A stretch of DNA of 61,391 nt, counting the filler, from Piptocephalis cylindrospora (lineage: Eukaryota), in NCBI GenBank assembly GCA_003614145.1. It is 5 parts of 5 records of this genome, joined end to end, with 100 filler letters (N's around TTAATTAATTAA, not from the genome) between each part and the next. Parts side by side here need not be neighbours in the genome. Positions count along the whole stretch, not along the records: positions 49,271 to 61,391 come from KZ987981.1; 4 more parts are not named here. One strand, 5' to 3'. A model generated the notes under the pieces. It was given only the letters and a program-made list of their open reading frames with translations, had not been told where the DNA came from and did not search any database. The first letter of the stretch is position 1. Every line of letters begins with the position of its first letter. Positions 49,271 to 61,391 of the stretch are shown piece after piece. Made by a program: the position numbers and the translations under genes.

Positions 49271-49702
49271 TCCCCCCCCCCCCCCCCCCTTTTTATTCGA
49301 GCCCACCTTGAAACTCATAATGATGTACCGGGGCTGGTTGTCAGGAAGCTCCTCTACCAAATCCTCCATCTGCACATCATCGTAAAAATCCTCCTCTTCC
49401 AAGGTCTGGTCCTTCCTGTTGATCCTCACTATATCATGAGAGGGGATGGGGTAAGAAGGGGGCTTGGCCTTGTCCGTGGCCTTGCTCCTCTCCCCAGCTT
49501 ACAAACCAAGGCGGTGGTGCTCTCCGTCTTGGCGAAGCGGAACTTTTTCATCCTTTGCAACAGCGTATCGGATATCTGAAGGCTTACAGAAGCGCCTGGA
49601 GTTTCCTGTGGGGAAGGAGCCGAGGAGATGCATCGTGAGGGGGGAGTCAGGGTCAGGAAAGGCAAAGCAAAGCAAAGCAAAACAATGACAGTCGCTTACC
49701 AT
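49271..49702 (-). CDS. AIM7: glia maturation factor-type ADF-H protein (partial, 3' truncated)
   Basis: ATG-only first exon (ATG|GTAAGC), then LLQRMKKFRFAK and EDLVEELPDNQPRYIIMSFK. Confidence 0.8.
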
Positions 49703-50097
49703 GATGTGAAGTAGGATGGGATAAAGGGAGAGGGTTGAGTGGGAAGAGCAAGGATGGGATCATCTCCGATAGCAACACTAAATGCACGATCCTCCATTCC
49801 AGCCTTTTATACCTGGCCAGCCAGCAGTAATCCATCCGTCATCAAGGTCCATCTCGCACCAAGGGCTGAGAAGGGGCTTGATTCAGGATTATCCCTTTTG
49901 TACACAATGTAAGCAGCACCATTTCCACACGCTTTGTCTCCGCCCTGTCAACTGACCGCCCATGGAACACCGCAAGAAGCTGTGCTGATGCCACTTACCT
50001 CTGGGCGATAAAGGATGTGGCGAATCGGTGGATGAAAAAGACACTAGCTGTTGGTCGCGCACCCAGTGTTTATTCTTCTTCCCTTCATCGTCACAAA

Positions 50098-51475
50098 ATG
50101 CCCGCTGCTACCACCATCTCCACCCTGCTAGGACCAAGCTCCTCGTCAAAACTGACCCTCATAGAAGATTCGGTGGAACAAGGCTCCATCCAGTTGATCC
50201 AAGAAGCAGTATGGCTGGCATTGACACGGTAAGACCTCTGCTCCAAGAGTACGGAGCGCGCGTCAACGCATTCACTCCACCTACATTCAACAGGGGAAGC
50301 GGTCCAGTGCTGGTTGTGCAAGGAGAAGGTATACTTCGGAGATGGAGTCGCCCGGATGACCTTGGTCCTTATTCCACCCGTCTCCACGTTCTTGATCTTG
50401 CCTACACCAGCTGGTCTGAGAGGAGGAAGGAGGCGTCAGGCGGCAAGTATGCTTCCTGCATTCCAACTCAATTGAACACAGTCTTGGCCACTCTAACATC
50501 TACATATCAGCACGGTAAGAGCTATGACATGAACCATCATGGCCACGACCCTTACTCACCGGCCTTCTGCAGTGAAACCATCTACCATCATCATCGATGA
50601 TCTCTCAAGATTACTCAGCGCTCATCCAACGAGTACTTTCCGTAGCCTAAGAGACCTCCTCGCCTCTTCCATCCCAGTGGATATTGTAGCGGCTTACCAC
50701 GAGGACATCCTAAGCCCTCGACCCTCCCCCATTCTCCCCATTGCCACCCTAGCCTCCGTCCACATCCGTATCCGTAGTGTAAGGGCTGAGCAGGCGCGTC
50801 AATACGCCCTTCAGCAAGGGATGGGCGAGGAGGAGCTAGGACCTCCCGGTATAGGCCTTGTCACTGGCAACAGCACCACTGATGCCCTACTTCACATTAC
50901 CGTGATGAAGCGGTCCGGAAAGAAGAGCGTAGAGGTACGTCTGAAAAGGTTATGCTATAATCAGGAAGGAGGGAAAGGGGTAGACTGGGCAAGAGCGACT
51001 GATCAAAGAGGAAATAGGATCTCATGGTGGAGTACGAGAATGACGGACGCATTAAAGGCCTGACTCCTGTGACGGAGGCCTCTCATACCCAGCATCCCTC
51101 CCCCTCGCAAGACGAGTCCAAGGAGCAGGTACCAGTAAGCATGGATGTGTGAAGTATACTCTTCGTGTTTTTTTTTTCCTGACTCCCCCTCCTCCCCCTC
51201 CTCCCCATTAGGAGCCCTCCTCAGTCCAGGCTTCATTTAACCTCGGACTGACCGAGCAGGAAAGGGAAGCTAGGGATAACACGGTTCTTCCTTACACTCA
51301 GATCACAGGTAGGTTAGGTTGCATGAGGATGAAGATGATCCTACCAAAATGCCGCATTCTGCTCACACGTCTCCCTCTACTCAACACAGAATCTGACAAG
51401 GCCACATTCTATTACCAACCCGATGAGGGAGATGACTTTGATGACGAGGACCCGGATGAAGACTTGGATATCTAG
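50098..51475 (+). CDS. ELP5: Elongator subunit 5 (multi-exon)
   Basis: LTLIEDSVEQ, IIIDDLS, KRSGK, SFNLGLTEQEREARDNTVLPY and C-terminal YYQPDEGDDFDDEDPDEDLDI. Confidence 0.85.
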
Positions 51476-52375
51476 GGTGAGGTCGGAGTGATCTAGAATG
51501 GTGTAGGGAAGGGAGGACATGTGGGGATGACGTCTGGATCTTCATTGTCATCCCCTTGATCACTCCCTATTCCTCCTACTGGGATTGATCATACATTCCC
51601 CGGGGAGCATCAATCATCATCTACCTCCGAATAATATTAACAGTAACATTGCACTTTCATCTGGGCAGGTCTTGCCTAAAGCCATCTCACTGCATCCCCA
51701 CCACCAAAGGGAACTTCTCATGGTCGTGGAGACATGTGCTTGGAAAATCAGCTGACTTTTCCTTCATCGGAACTTCTAGTCCAATAGGATAATCTGACCA
51801 TGACCACATGTGGACGGGGAGGAGCCGTGCGTGTGAGGATTGGCTGGTCCAAGCCGATTTGTTCCCCCATTGGCTCTCCTACCTCCCACTTCAACGAGAT
51901 GTGTGGGGGAGGGGAGGCGCGTGCTTCAAGGCCAGCACTCTGTGCCAGGGTGTGTGTGGACCATAGTGAAGGGGCGTCTCTCCTCGTCTCTTATCCACGC
52001 CATCCTTGGCTCTCATTGTGGTTGGGTGCTGAGCTGTGTGTCCCCTCCCCCTTCCCCGTCCCTCTCTCCCACACTTTCCTTACACACACTATGTCAGAGA
52101 GGTTACTACCTCCCTTGGCCAGGGAGAGAGAGAGAGGAAGAGTAGGTGTGTGCTAGGAAGAATAAGATACACGCGCCCATAGCCTTTCCCCTGCTAAAGC
52201 GGGATGGTATGAGGCGTGTGGATCTCTGAGCTTTTTCGGGATGTGAGGGAAAGGAATAAATAGTCAATGGACAACGAGCTGTCTCAGGACTTTCCTGCTC
52301 CGTCTCCCCAATCTCCTCCTCTCTCATCCCATCCCCCCTTTCATCCCCCTCCCACCTGCCATCACCCCCTCTCCT

Positions 52376-53367
52376 ATGAAGTACTTGGAAATAGCCCCTT
52401 TGGAGGCCATCACTTCCTCTTTAAACTTCGAGGTTCCTGACTCCCAAATCTTTGGTCGAGTGGAGGCATACTCATGTATGTACCCCTTCCCTTACCCAGA
52501 GCCCTTATCCCCATCATTCTCATCTCACCCTCCCTTTTCTCTCCTAATTAGGTAAATCCGCCTCGAACGATAAAAAGCTCTACAAAGCCCTGGAAAACAA
52601 ATATGGCTCCGTCGGTTCCGCCCACTCCCCCGCCTTTTCCTCCCCTCCCCCTCTCATGGTCACCCAGTCCAACCATGGACCCTCTCCTACCTCCCCACAA
52701 GCCTTGCAACCCTCCCATGCATCCCCATCATTTACTCATCCCACCTCCACTTCCCCCCATGACCTCAGAGCCTCCTCGCCCTTTGGATCTTTGGAGCAGC
52801 CCTCATCCAGAAAGGCCCTCTTTTACCTCATTGCCACCCTCAATGCCTCTTTCCCCGATTACGACTTTACCGAGACAAAACCCAGCTCCTGCTTTCGTCA
52901 TCATTACCAATTGGCTCCCGTCGTCAATGAGGTCAACACCACCCTGAGTAATGTCGGCCGCGGTACCATTGTTCGTGAATTGGCCCTCTGGGATATCATG
53001 GATCAGATTGTCGAGCTGTCCGATTGTGATATATACAGTTACGATCCCGAGGGCGAGGAGAACCCCTACGAAGGCTCCCTCTGGAGTCTAAATTACTTTT
53101 TCTTTAATCGAAAGATCAAGCGATTGATTTTCCTTTCCCTTCACAGTGTTCGGTAAGTGGCTCTCTGGAGGGGTCGGTAAGGGAGCTCCCTCATCCAACT
53201 CATCCCTCTCCCCCAGAATCAACTCGGGTGTGGACGATATGTACTCACCAGCGGGTGAGTACCAAGGAACCAGCGAGGTTCGACCCCATTCCTCCGACAT
53301 GCCCTCGGATGATGAGGGAAGGATTGATAACTACGAGGATTACATCACTGCTGAGATGGAGTTTTGA
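52376..53367 (+). CDS. MAF1: Pol III repressor Maf1 (introns ~52476-52551 and ~53153-53216)
   Basis: MKYLE...GRVEAYSCK, SRKALFYLIATLNASFPDYDF and GSLWSLNYFFFNRKIKR motifs. Confidence 0.95.
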
Positions 53368-53414
53368 TACCCCCTCCCCTCCCTCTCCCCTCTTCGCCTC
53401 CTGTTTATCCTGAT

Positions 53415-53441
53415 GTGTGTGTGCGTGTGTGTGTGTGTGTG
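53415..53441. repeat. (GT)n microsatellite
   Basis: Near-perfect GT run downstream of MAF1; a similar run lies at ~32825-32848. Confidence 0.85.
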
Positions 53442-53500
53442 TCTTGTAAGATCAATTTATCGTTTATCTTTTCATCTCCCTCTCCAACTTGATACATCCA

Positions 53501-55366
53501 TCATATTGGAGCGGAGTAGAGGGCCATAGAAAGGTTTCCTCCTAGTGCCAGCTCCTGAACCGCTCCTCTTTTCCTCTCGTCAGGGAAAGATATTCGCATC
53601 GCCGTAAATTGATTCTTCCGGTGGCCAAGACCCAGCCGCGAAGAGCCTCCAGAAAGACCCCAGCCATACGCGTCTCCTGAAGCTGCATGGATGGGAGAGG
53701 AAGAGGAAGAGGTTGGGGATGCTGAGTGTAAAAAGACCTCCGTTCACCAGCAAACATTTCCCACCGCTCCTACCATCAATGACCCCGCAGTAATCCAGGG
53801 TGGCGGATAGGTGCTTCGGACGTTGGATACCCTTCACTCTATTGGGATTTACCATCATCTTCTGTCGTTCTCGGATCCGAGCATTGCTAGAGAGAGAGGC
53901 TGATCGAAAGGGCTCTGGACCCCCTGTCGCCCCGTACCCACAGCCCCACAAGTGACCATTCCGCGTAAGGAAGAGAGACGTCATGCTCCCGGCTGCCATG
54001 TCCACCAAGGCGTCCTCGATCATTACTAGCTTGGCCGTTACCTCCTACGTGTGCAGAGAAGGAGACTCATTGTCAGTTCTCCATAGCAGAGTATATCCTT
54101 ATCCTCCCTCAATCATGTTTCCCTTGGCCCTTACCCGATTGGACTTGTATCCTAGACAGCACTGTCCATACTCATTGTTGCCCCACGCATACACTCGATT
54201 GTCCTCGGTCAGTGCAAGGGAAAAGTCCGTCGAGGAGGAAATGCGGATCACCTTCTCATCTCTCAGCGCTCCTTGAACCCTTTGTGGTGCTCTTGCGTCC
54301 GATCCTCTCATCTCCCGACCTAGCTGTCCATCCGCGCCCCATCCACACGTCCACACCTCTCCCTCATCTAGAGGAATGTAAAGGGGAATGAGAGGGATAT
54401 CCCGCCTGCAATGAGAGCTCCCTCCTCTTTCTCCTTCCCTTATCCCTCAGACCTACCCGTCAAGAATACCGTGTGGTCCATACCACATGCCACTGATATC
54501 ACTCGGTCAATCCCTTGAATTTGTCGTGCTTCCCCGACTCGCCCATCTCCCTTGGACCCTCCACCACATTGGCCTTGTCGATCACTTCCAAATCCATACG
54601 CCAAACCATCTTCCAACACTATTACCGAATGTGCCCTACCTCCGCTCATCGACCGCACCATCTTATCCTTGGGCAATCCTTGCACTAGACCCACTCCCCG
54701 TTCCTTTAACGCTGTGCCCAGTCCTATGGATGGTATGTCGTGTTATTCCGTGTCCATCTAGCTTAGTCTCTCCTCCCCCTCTTTATCACCCCACTTACCC
54801 AATTGGCCATCCGTCCCAAGGCCAAAGGACACAATGCGAAATTCACCCTCTCCCGTCCCCCTGCCCACCTCATCCCAGGTACCAGCTACCCCAGGATGAT
54901 TCACCTGCACTGCCACCAATCCATGATCGAGCCCTGCGGCCATATGGGTAATTTGAACGGGTCCATTCTACCCATCACATCATCCAGGGAAAGGTGTGTC
55001 AATGAGCCTATTAAATCATCTTCGTCTCCATTCCCCCTCTCACCCGCCCATCCACCAAGCACCAACCTGTTGGGTGAGAGAGTCAAGGTTCAGCACTCCA
55101 GGTCTTCCCTCTTGGTTCCGCCGAAACACTCCATTAGGAAACGGAATGCCTTCAACAGACGCACCCCATAAGTAGAGCTTATCCTCGTAGGTCGGATATG
55201 TGTTTTCCTGAGAGGGAGTAATCCTAGTCGATAGGAGCGCCCTACCTCCTCCGGACCCAGGAACTACCAATCCGCCCAGAGGACTCAAACTAGACCACAG
55301 CTGTCGTCGTGCGTATCTTGAGGCAATGCCTGGTACAGGCCCCGTCAAGCCAAGCTGTCTAACCAT
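53501..55366 (-). CDS. RCC1-repeat protein, probably mitochondrial (RCC1L/WBSCR16-like), multi-exon
   Basis: RCC1 repeats (AAGLDHG, FGLGTDGQLG, VACGMDHTVFLT, WTCGWGADGQLG, YAWGNNEYGQC) and an Arg-rich presequence-like N-terminus. Confidence 0.82.
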
Positions 55367-56585
55367 AGCCCTGGTGATGAGATAACTCAAGTACTTGTGC
55401 AAGTCCGTGAAGAAAGAAGGTCACTAAGGTCATTCTCCTTGCTGCCTTAGGGAAACATCCCATACGCCTTTCCCCATCACCAGTCGATACGAGCATCAAA
55501 ACATGCTTATTCCTTTGTGGACAAACGGGTCTCTCTGTTGTGTGTCAAAAGTGCAGACCTGACCCTCAATGGAAACCTTTTTCAATGCAGTTGTTTTCAC
55601 AAAAACATAGAATAACATGACGGTTTATTCATATAACCAGAAACACCATGTCCAATTGAAAAATGAATGGTTCTTCCATCCGAGTCAACCTTCATTAAGC
55701 ATATCTCGATCCAATAAGGACTTTCAGTCGGTCTATCCATGAGAGGGGAGTGTAACTTTTTGGCTTACAAATATACTGAATTTTTCAGCTATAATCTTTA
55801 AGTCATTGATAACACCATTCCCTAGAATCTGTTTACTACCCTTTCCTAGAAGACTTCTACCACCAGAAAGACTTTACAGGCCGCATCTCATGATCCTGCT
55901 GAAGGAACCACCGACCGCTTGATACATGGGGCACTTATGCACCTTCATCTTGCTAACCCTCCCTGGTGAAGCGAAAGTGCAGATGTAAAAAGAAGTGGTA
56001 TGTCAATGATTGCCCCATTGATGACCCCCAAAGCTACACTATGCGGCCCTCCCGAAAGGAATCCTTGACAGGATCAGAAGCCACCGACCATTTTGGCGGG
56101 TGTAGAAGAACGTGGAAACTCCGCAGCCTGTCATCCCAGCCTGTCTCTCCAGTGAACGACGGAGAAATTCACTCTCCTACAGTGACCAGTGGGGATAGAT
56201 GTGTGGGAAGGTTGGGGGAGGGGTAAGACGGTTTTGCTTCATTGACAAGCGCGGTTTCGTATTGACGCATGATGAAGTCTGTCTACTCGTCATGCCTCCC
56301 TCTAGTGTGCCCCACTCGCGCCCTTGGCCCCTTGTACGGACTCCCCCGCCTTGGCCATCACCTCGGCTCAGATCTCAGGGCGGGGCAAGACAGAAGCGAT
56401 GGGGGGGGTATAAAAGGATAATACTGAATGCATGGGGAAGAGGGATGAGCTTCCCCACATATCCCTCTTTCCTACCTCTCTCCCTCTTTTCCTCCTGATA
56501 AGCTCATCACTTACTGCTCCCAATCATCCTGGTTAGGGAACGCATCGATCCATTTTCTTCCCCTCCCCCTCTACCTTTCGATCGG

Positions 56586-59500
56586 ATGGACAGCGGATCA
56601 AGGAGCTCGATACAAGGTCAGCGGCTCTCGGAGAGATCCTTCTCCACTACTCCGATGCATCTCTACGACCCAGACTTATCAAGAGGTTCGGCATATTCGG
56701 AAAGGGATAGTCCTTCTTCCTTACGCACCCCTTCTTCTCTACGTACCCCTTCTTCCCTACAAGGCCTCCCCACTCTCTATTCCTCATATCCCTCTGCCCC
56801 TCCTAGCATGGCCGTATCTCCTCGAGCGAGCGGAAGTAATAGAGAATCAGAGGATTACTTTGGTCGATACGGCATGCTGCATCAGCGAGCCCAGCTCGTC
56901 TCAATCGACGTATGTCTCTTAAAACAATGTGGTTGAATGCGCTCTACTCAATATCCTAGTCCTCCTCTCCATCGGATAGGGACCACGATTCAGGCATGTA
57001 CCGTCACCTTACTACTTATCCTCTCCATGTACTAGCGACGGGGAACAAGGGATCTCGGATGGGAAGGAAAAGAGCTCCAGGTGGTCATGGAAAAGACTGT
57101 TTGGCGGGAAGGGCAAGGAGAAGAAAAGGTCCAGTGACCCTAACGAGTCATTGGACGCATCTGGCCTATCCACCGCTTCCTGGTCACCTACGCTAAAGGA
57201 CTCTACATCCTCAGCTCCTACCTGGTCAACTCTCAACACGGGGTCAGCGTCAACCCCTCTCCGTAGTACATTTACAGTAAGGATGATTAGAGAGCGATAC
57301 ACTTGAATGACCTGAGCATACACCTAACCACCTTGGTTCTGGTAGGATGAGAGGCTCAAAGGGTCTAGAAAGGTTCGAGCAAGGGATAAGCATGCATCCT
57401 TGGTAGGTCAAATGTGGGTAGGAAAGAGGGCCACGGCAGGTGGCTATTCTAGCACTTCCAGTCCTTAATAACGCTCCCTCCTGGGGAGAGGAGTAGCCTT
57501 GGTCAATGCATACTGCATTAATGACAGAACGCTATCATTTGGATGAGCCTGATCATCCATGCGGCTCTAGCTCAGATGAAGGAGATGCAAGATCTTTTCT
57601 TCATACAACGGAAAGATCTAGTAGTTGCTATAGCGAAGGGCCATCCTCACCGCGAGAAAGTTTTAGAGATCCTCCTTCAAGGGCATATCATCAAGCCAAC
57701 TTTGCCCAGGAACGAAGTGATTCCCGTTTTGAGCCTTCGTTTACGGATGACACTTTTCAGTCTTCGGATGATACCACGACAGTAACTGCGGTGGAAACAC
57801 CCATGTTGAACAGCCAACAAGGATACAATGGGATGGGAGAAGCAAACTACCATCTATCTCAGGAAAGGAACTACCATCCACGTGGGTGTGAAATCCGAAC
57901 TGGAAATATCAACAGAGACGAGGGGTTGAGAACGGAGAAGGAGAGGGAGAAGGACAAGGACAAGAACAAGGAAAATGCTGACTGGACCAGACAGGAATCC
58001 TCTACGTCTAACCTCTCGGCTCTCGAGTATAGGCCGGGAAATCAGAGTACGGATAGCATGGAAAGGTTCTTACAGGTTATCAGAGATGCAAACCAGAGAG
58101 CGCCATACGGTAAGGGTTTTTATATCACTACTGAAAACGTTGCTAATGGGTTAACATATTTCATCCCTTCTTTCCAGACAATGTAGAAGATCCGGGGAAG
58201 TATGCGGAAGACGATGGTGTATCACCTTCCCATAACCTCCGAAAAGACACAGGTGAATCTCTGTCTGGATCCAAATTTGGTGAGCTAATGAAAACGTACT
58301 TTGGTGATGACCATATACCAAAGGTAAGTGGAAAGAAGGGCAAAGGGAGGCAGGGGGCGAGGGGATTTCCTCTCTTTAGTCACCATGAAAACGATGTCTA
58401 AGTGTACTACCGCATTACCTTGGAGGGAGATAGAATGAGAGAGAGGCCATTGTTTCCAGGTCATTTTCATCTCCCCGGTTCCAGGAGATGCTTTTAAAGA
58501 GCCCAGAGGACTGTTCCCAAAATAAAGAATCAAAGAGTGGCAGCAGACAAGAGAAAAATCAGAAAGAGGGTGAGAAGAAACTGGAAAATAATAAAGGAAA
58601 GGTAAGTGAGATGGGAACCATGACCTCTCCTCTTGGCATCTACTCATCTTCTTAATGATGAGCACGCAGCAGAATGAGTATGAGAACTCCTTCAGGACCA
58701 AGGATGGCTCTGTCCAGACACACCATCCTGAAACCCATGACAGAGGCACTTCCCCAGATCGGAAGGACCATGATCGACCTGCCTATGCGGAAATTCCTTT
58801 TAGATCAATGTCTCGGCAATTGAATGGTGAAAAACAAAGGCTGAGGATCGAGGTAAGAGATTCAGATGTGACAAAAGATAATGCAATGATGTAGAGCTAA
58901 TCAAATCCTTCCTTGGGTATGAGAGAGAAGATTCCTGAAAGACCTCGGGTTCATTTTTCATCGAGATCCGATAAAAGCGGTAAAGGGAAAGAGAGCCATT
59001 CCAAAATATCCTCATCTGAACGAGATTCTGGCATCATTCATGCAAGCCATACCTATGGATATTCGGGAAACAGAACGTCCCCATTAGGGAGGCGTATTAG
59101 CTCTCGGAGAAGGAATCAGGCCAATAGCTCGCTTAGACGACAGGCCAAATCTCATGATCAGTCCAGCATGGCCCAAGGAGAGGGGAGCTCCCCTGGTCAT
59201 AATCCCCCGTCTCCTGCTGGAGTTGAATCAAAGGAGCGGGGAAGCACTTATCCCTCCAGATCGTTTCATGACCGCTCTGGATACTCACCTGAGGAATCAC
59301 CTCATTATCTTGGACAGAAGCAGGCCAGCGGCCCTGATGGTAGATTTGAGCTTCCAAAAAGTCATTCACCACAGCCATCCGTGAATCGGCCTCATAGTCG
59401 TCATAGTCAAGTGCCCTTACGATCCCCCCCAGTCCCAGGATCCCCCTATGTAGAGAGGCCATCTCTTTCCCATCCCAGGACATCGGATATACCCGCTCTC

Positions 59501-61125
59501 CCCCTACCACCATCATTATCAGTATCCACCAGATCAGTCCCACCGTCCCCGCTATCTACATTCGCCAATTCAATCCCACCACCGCCTGTATTCCCACCCG
59601 CTAGGTCAATCCCACAGAACCTTTCTTCCTCTGGGTCCGGAAGATCCTCTCCCCAATCTTCTGTCTCTCCCCAACCGTCTGTCTCTCCCTCATCATCTAC
59701 CCTCCCCCCATCGCCTCCTTCCCTCTCTCCGACGACAGTGCAATCCATGGCGCCTACGCCAGCATTGTTTCATCTTCGAAGGGCAGCTCCAGAACGGTCC
59801 AAATCCCCATCCCCTCCGCCAGAGGCCATGACACCACGAAGCCCGGGTGGGGGAGTTCGACGTGCCCTCCTAGTTGCTGTGAGCTATGCGGACATTGAGA
59901 AGGAAAGGCAAGGTAAGTTAGGTAAACTTTGGTGAGGATCCACATATCATCCTATCTTGGTTGTGAGCCATTACTGATTTATCCATCCTCAATTCCTTTA
60001 GCGTGCCTAGAGGCCATCCGAGGGACAAAGGAGCTTCTTCATCGCTTTCACTATCAATCCAAGGATATTTATGTTTTAACCAATGCGGTGGAGGGTCAAG
60101 GGCCTTCACCCACGCGCCGATCCATTCTCCAATCCCTGGCCGCACTAGTAGGAGGGATACAACCGGGGGATCGCCTAGTTTTTTTCTTTCATGGACGCAG
60201 TCAACAGGTAAAGAAGATAGAGAAGAAAAAAAAGGAAGAGAATACACTAAAGAAATCCACCATTCTTCCTATTCACCATTTTCCCCATCCACCAGACTGA
60301 GGGAGCCGGCTACAATGTGACGGGGAAGATGATGGAGTGCATCCTACCCCAAGACTACCAAAGAAATGGGTATATTGATGATAAAGTATGTCCCGTGGCG
60401 AGATAACTGAGAGAGTCACTCTGTGTACCTATTATTGCTAATCACCATGACTCATCCATCCTCTTCTCTCAATTTGTCCTAGATGCTCTACGAGGCATTG
60501 GCGCAACCACTGCCCCGACGAGCTCGCTTGACCTGCTTATTCAACTCAGTTCATGATGCTTGCCCTCTGGGCCTAGGAATAGTTCTGGACCATAATGGGC
60601 AGGAAATTGGCACAAGACCTCGTCATCGCGGAAGGCAAGAACGACGATCGATCTTTAAGGCTCGCTTAGCTTTTCTTCGACAAAAGTCTGAGGCTCAGCT
60701 GAATGAGGAAAGGTCGCGTCCTGGCGCAAGGAGGGTACGGGGTGGGCCTCCAACAAGCCCTTCTCCTGCTCCTATTATCCGACGGACATCGGCCCATGTC
60801 ATTGTCCTTTCCTCGTACGTGCATGCTCGAGAGAGACATTGAGGACCATATGTACCTGACCTCTTCCCTCCATCACAATCCTATTGCTTGTTCACACTCT
60901 AGATTCCTTGGGGAAGGCCTTCGAAGGAACATCCTCACGAGCCTTCCACCTGGGGTGGTTATTTCCACGGCATTGAGTACATGCTTTACTTTACAGGAAC
61001 AACCTTCGTGCTTTGCGGTCCTCAAAACAATCCAATATGTCTTTCAAACGCAAGCCCAGGGAAAGCTCTGGCCTCAGATGAGCTTGGGGACAGATGTTGC
61101 CCTTACTCATGGAATGGCCTTATGA
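56586..61125 (+). CDS. metacaspase-like (peptidase C14) protein lacking the catalytic dyad, with long Ser/Pro-rich N-terminal region (5' exon linkage tentative)
   Basis: RRALLVAVSY, PTRRSILQSLAALV..IQPGDRLVFFFHGRS, ECILPQDY...G.I.D, LYEALAQPLP..ARLTCLFNSVHDA and C-terminal WPQMS in ~59860-61125. Confidence 0.75.
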
Positions 61126-61391
61126 AGGATTCATTCTTTCCTCGGATGGGATGGGTCTTGATTTGATCATGGATAGGCTTTGACTTGATTATAAATGGAT
61201 CTTAATCCATAGATCATGGTCGTAGTAGTTATTGTCTTGTGGAAATGTGTGGTTCCAAATTCTGGCGGTGATGGTAGCACAGCATACGCTCATGGAATAC
61301 AAGTGGATCCACCGTCTCTTTTATCCCGCCCCTGGACCTCTTCTCCCCTCCCCCTCCCTCCTTCATCTGCCCCCTCTATAAAATCAATATG

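Overview
This window is five unrelated ~12.2-kb contigs (12253, 12234, 12205, 12178 and 12121 bp, sorted by decreasing size) joined by artificial N44-TTAATTAATTAA-N44 linkers. Four contigs are gene-dense nuclear DNA with short GT-AG introns. Gene content and mtDNA features suggest an early-diverging fungus, possibly Zoopagomycota (inference). Nuclear genes: YTH1, MCM3, TFC3, mitoribosomal bL9, INTS9, a nucleotide-sugar transporter, DEG1/PUS3, NOP1, STE14, UPF0390, DOM34, GMF/AIM7, ELP5, MAF1, an RCC1-repeat protein, a metacaspase-like gene and two tRNAs. Contig 2 (12354-24587) is mitochondrial DNA with UGA read as Trp. It carries a 5' rnl fragment, nad4, atp9, trnG, trnT, rnpB, rps3, cox2, cob, trnW(UCA) and two paralogous ORFans, and is heavily invaded by double-hairpin elements. 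Most notable observations: a mitochondrial RNase P RNA inflated by hairpin insertions; two membrane ORFans partly built from the mobile element, one sharing the nad4 upstream leader; a nad4 frame running into rnl; a secreted Cys-rich gene with two in-frame TAGs; a pseudo-metacaspase lacking both catalytic residues; a fungal INTS9; and a CC1-box tail-anchored dynein-adaptor candidate. Two 55-bp contig-end inversions are assembly or amplification artefacts. All calls come from reading the sequence; no searches were run.
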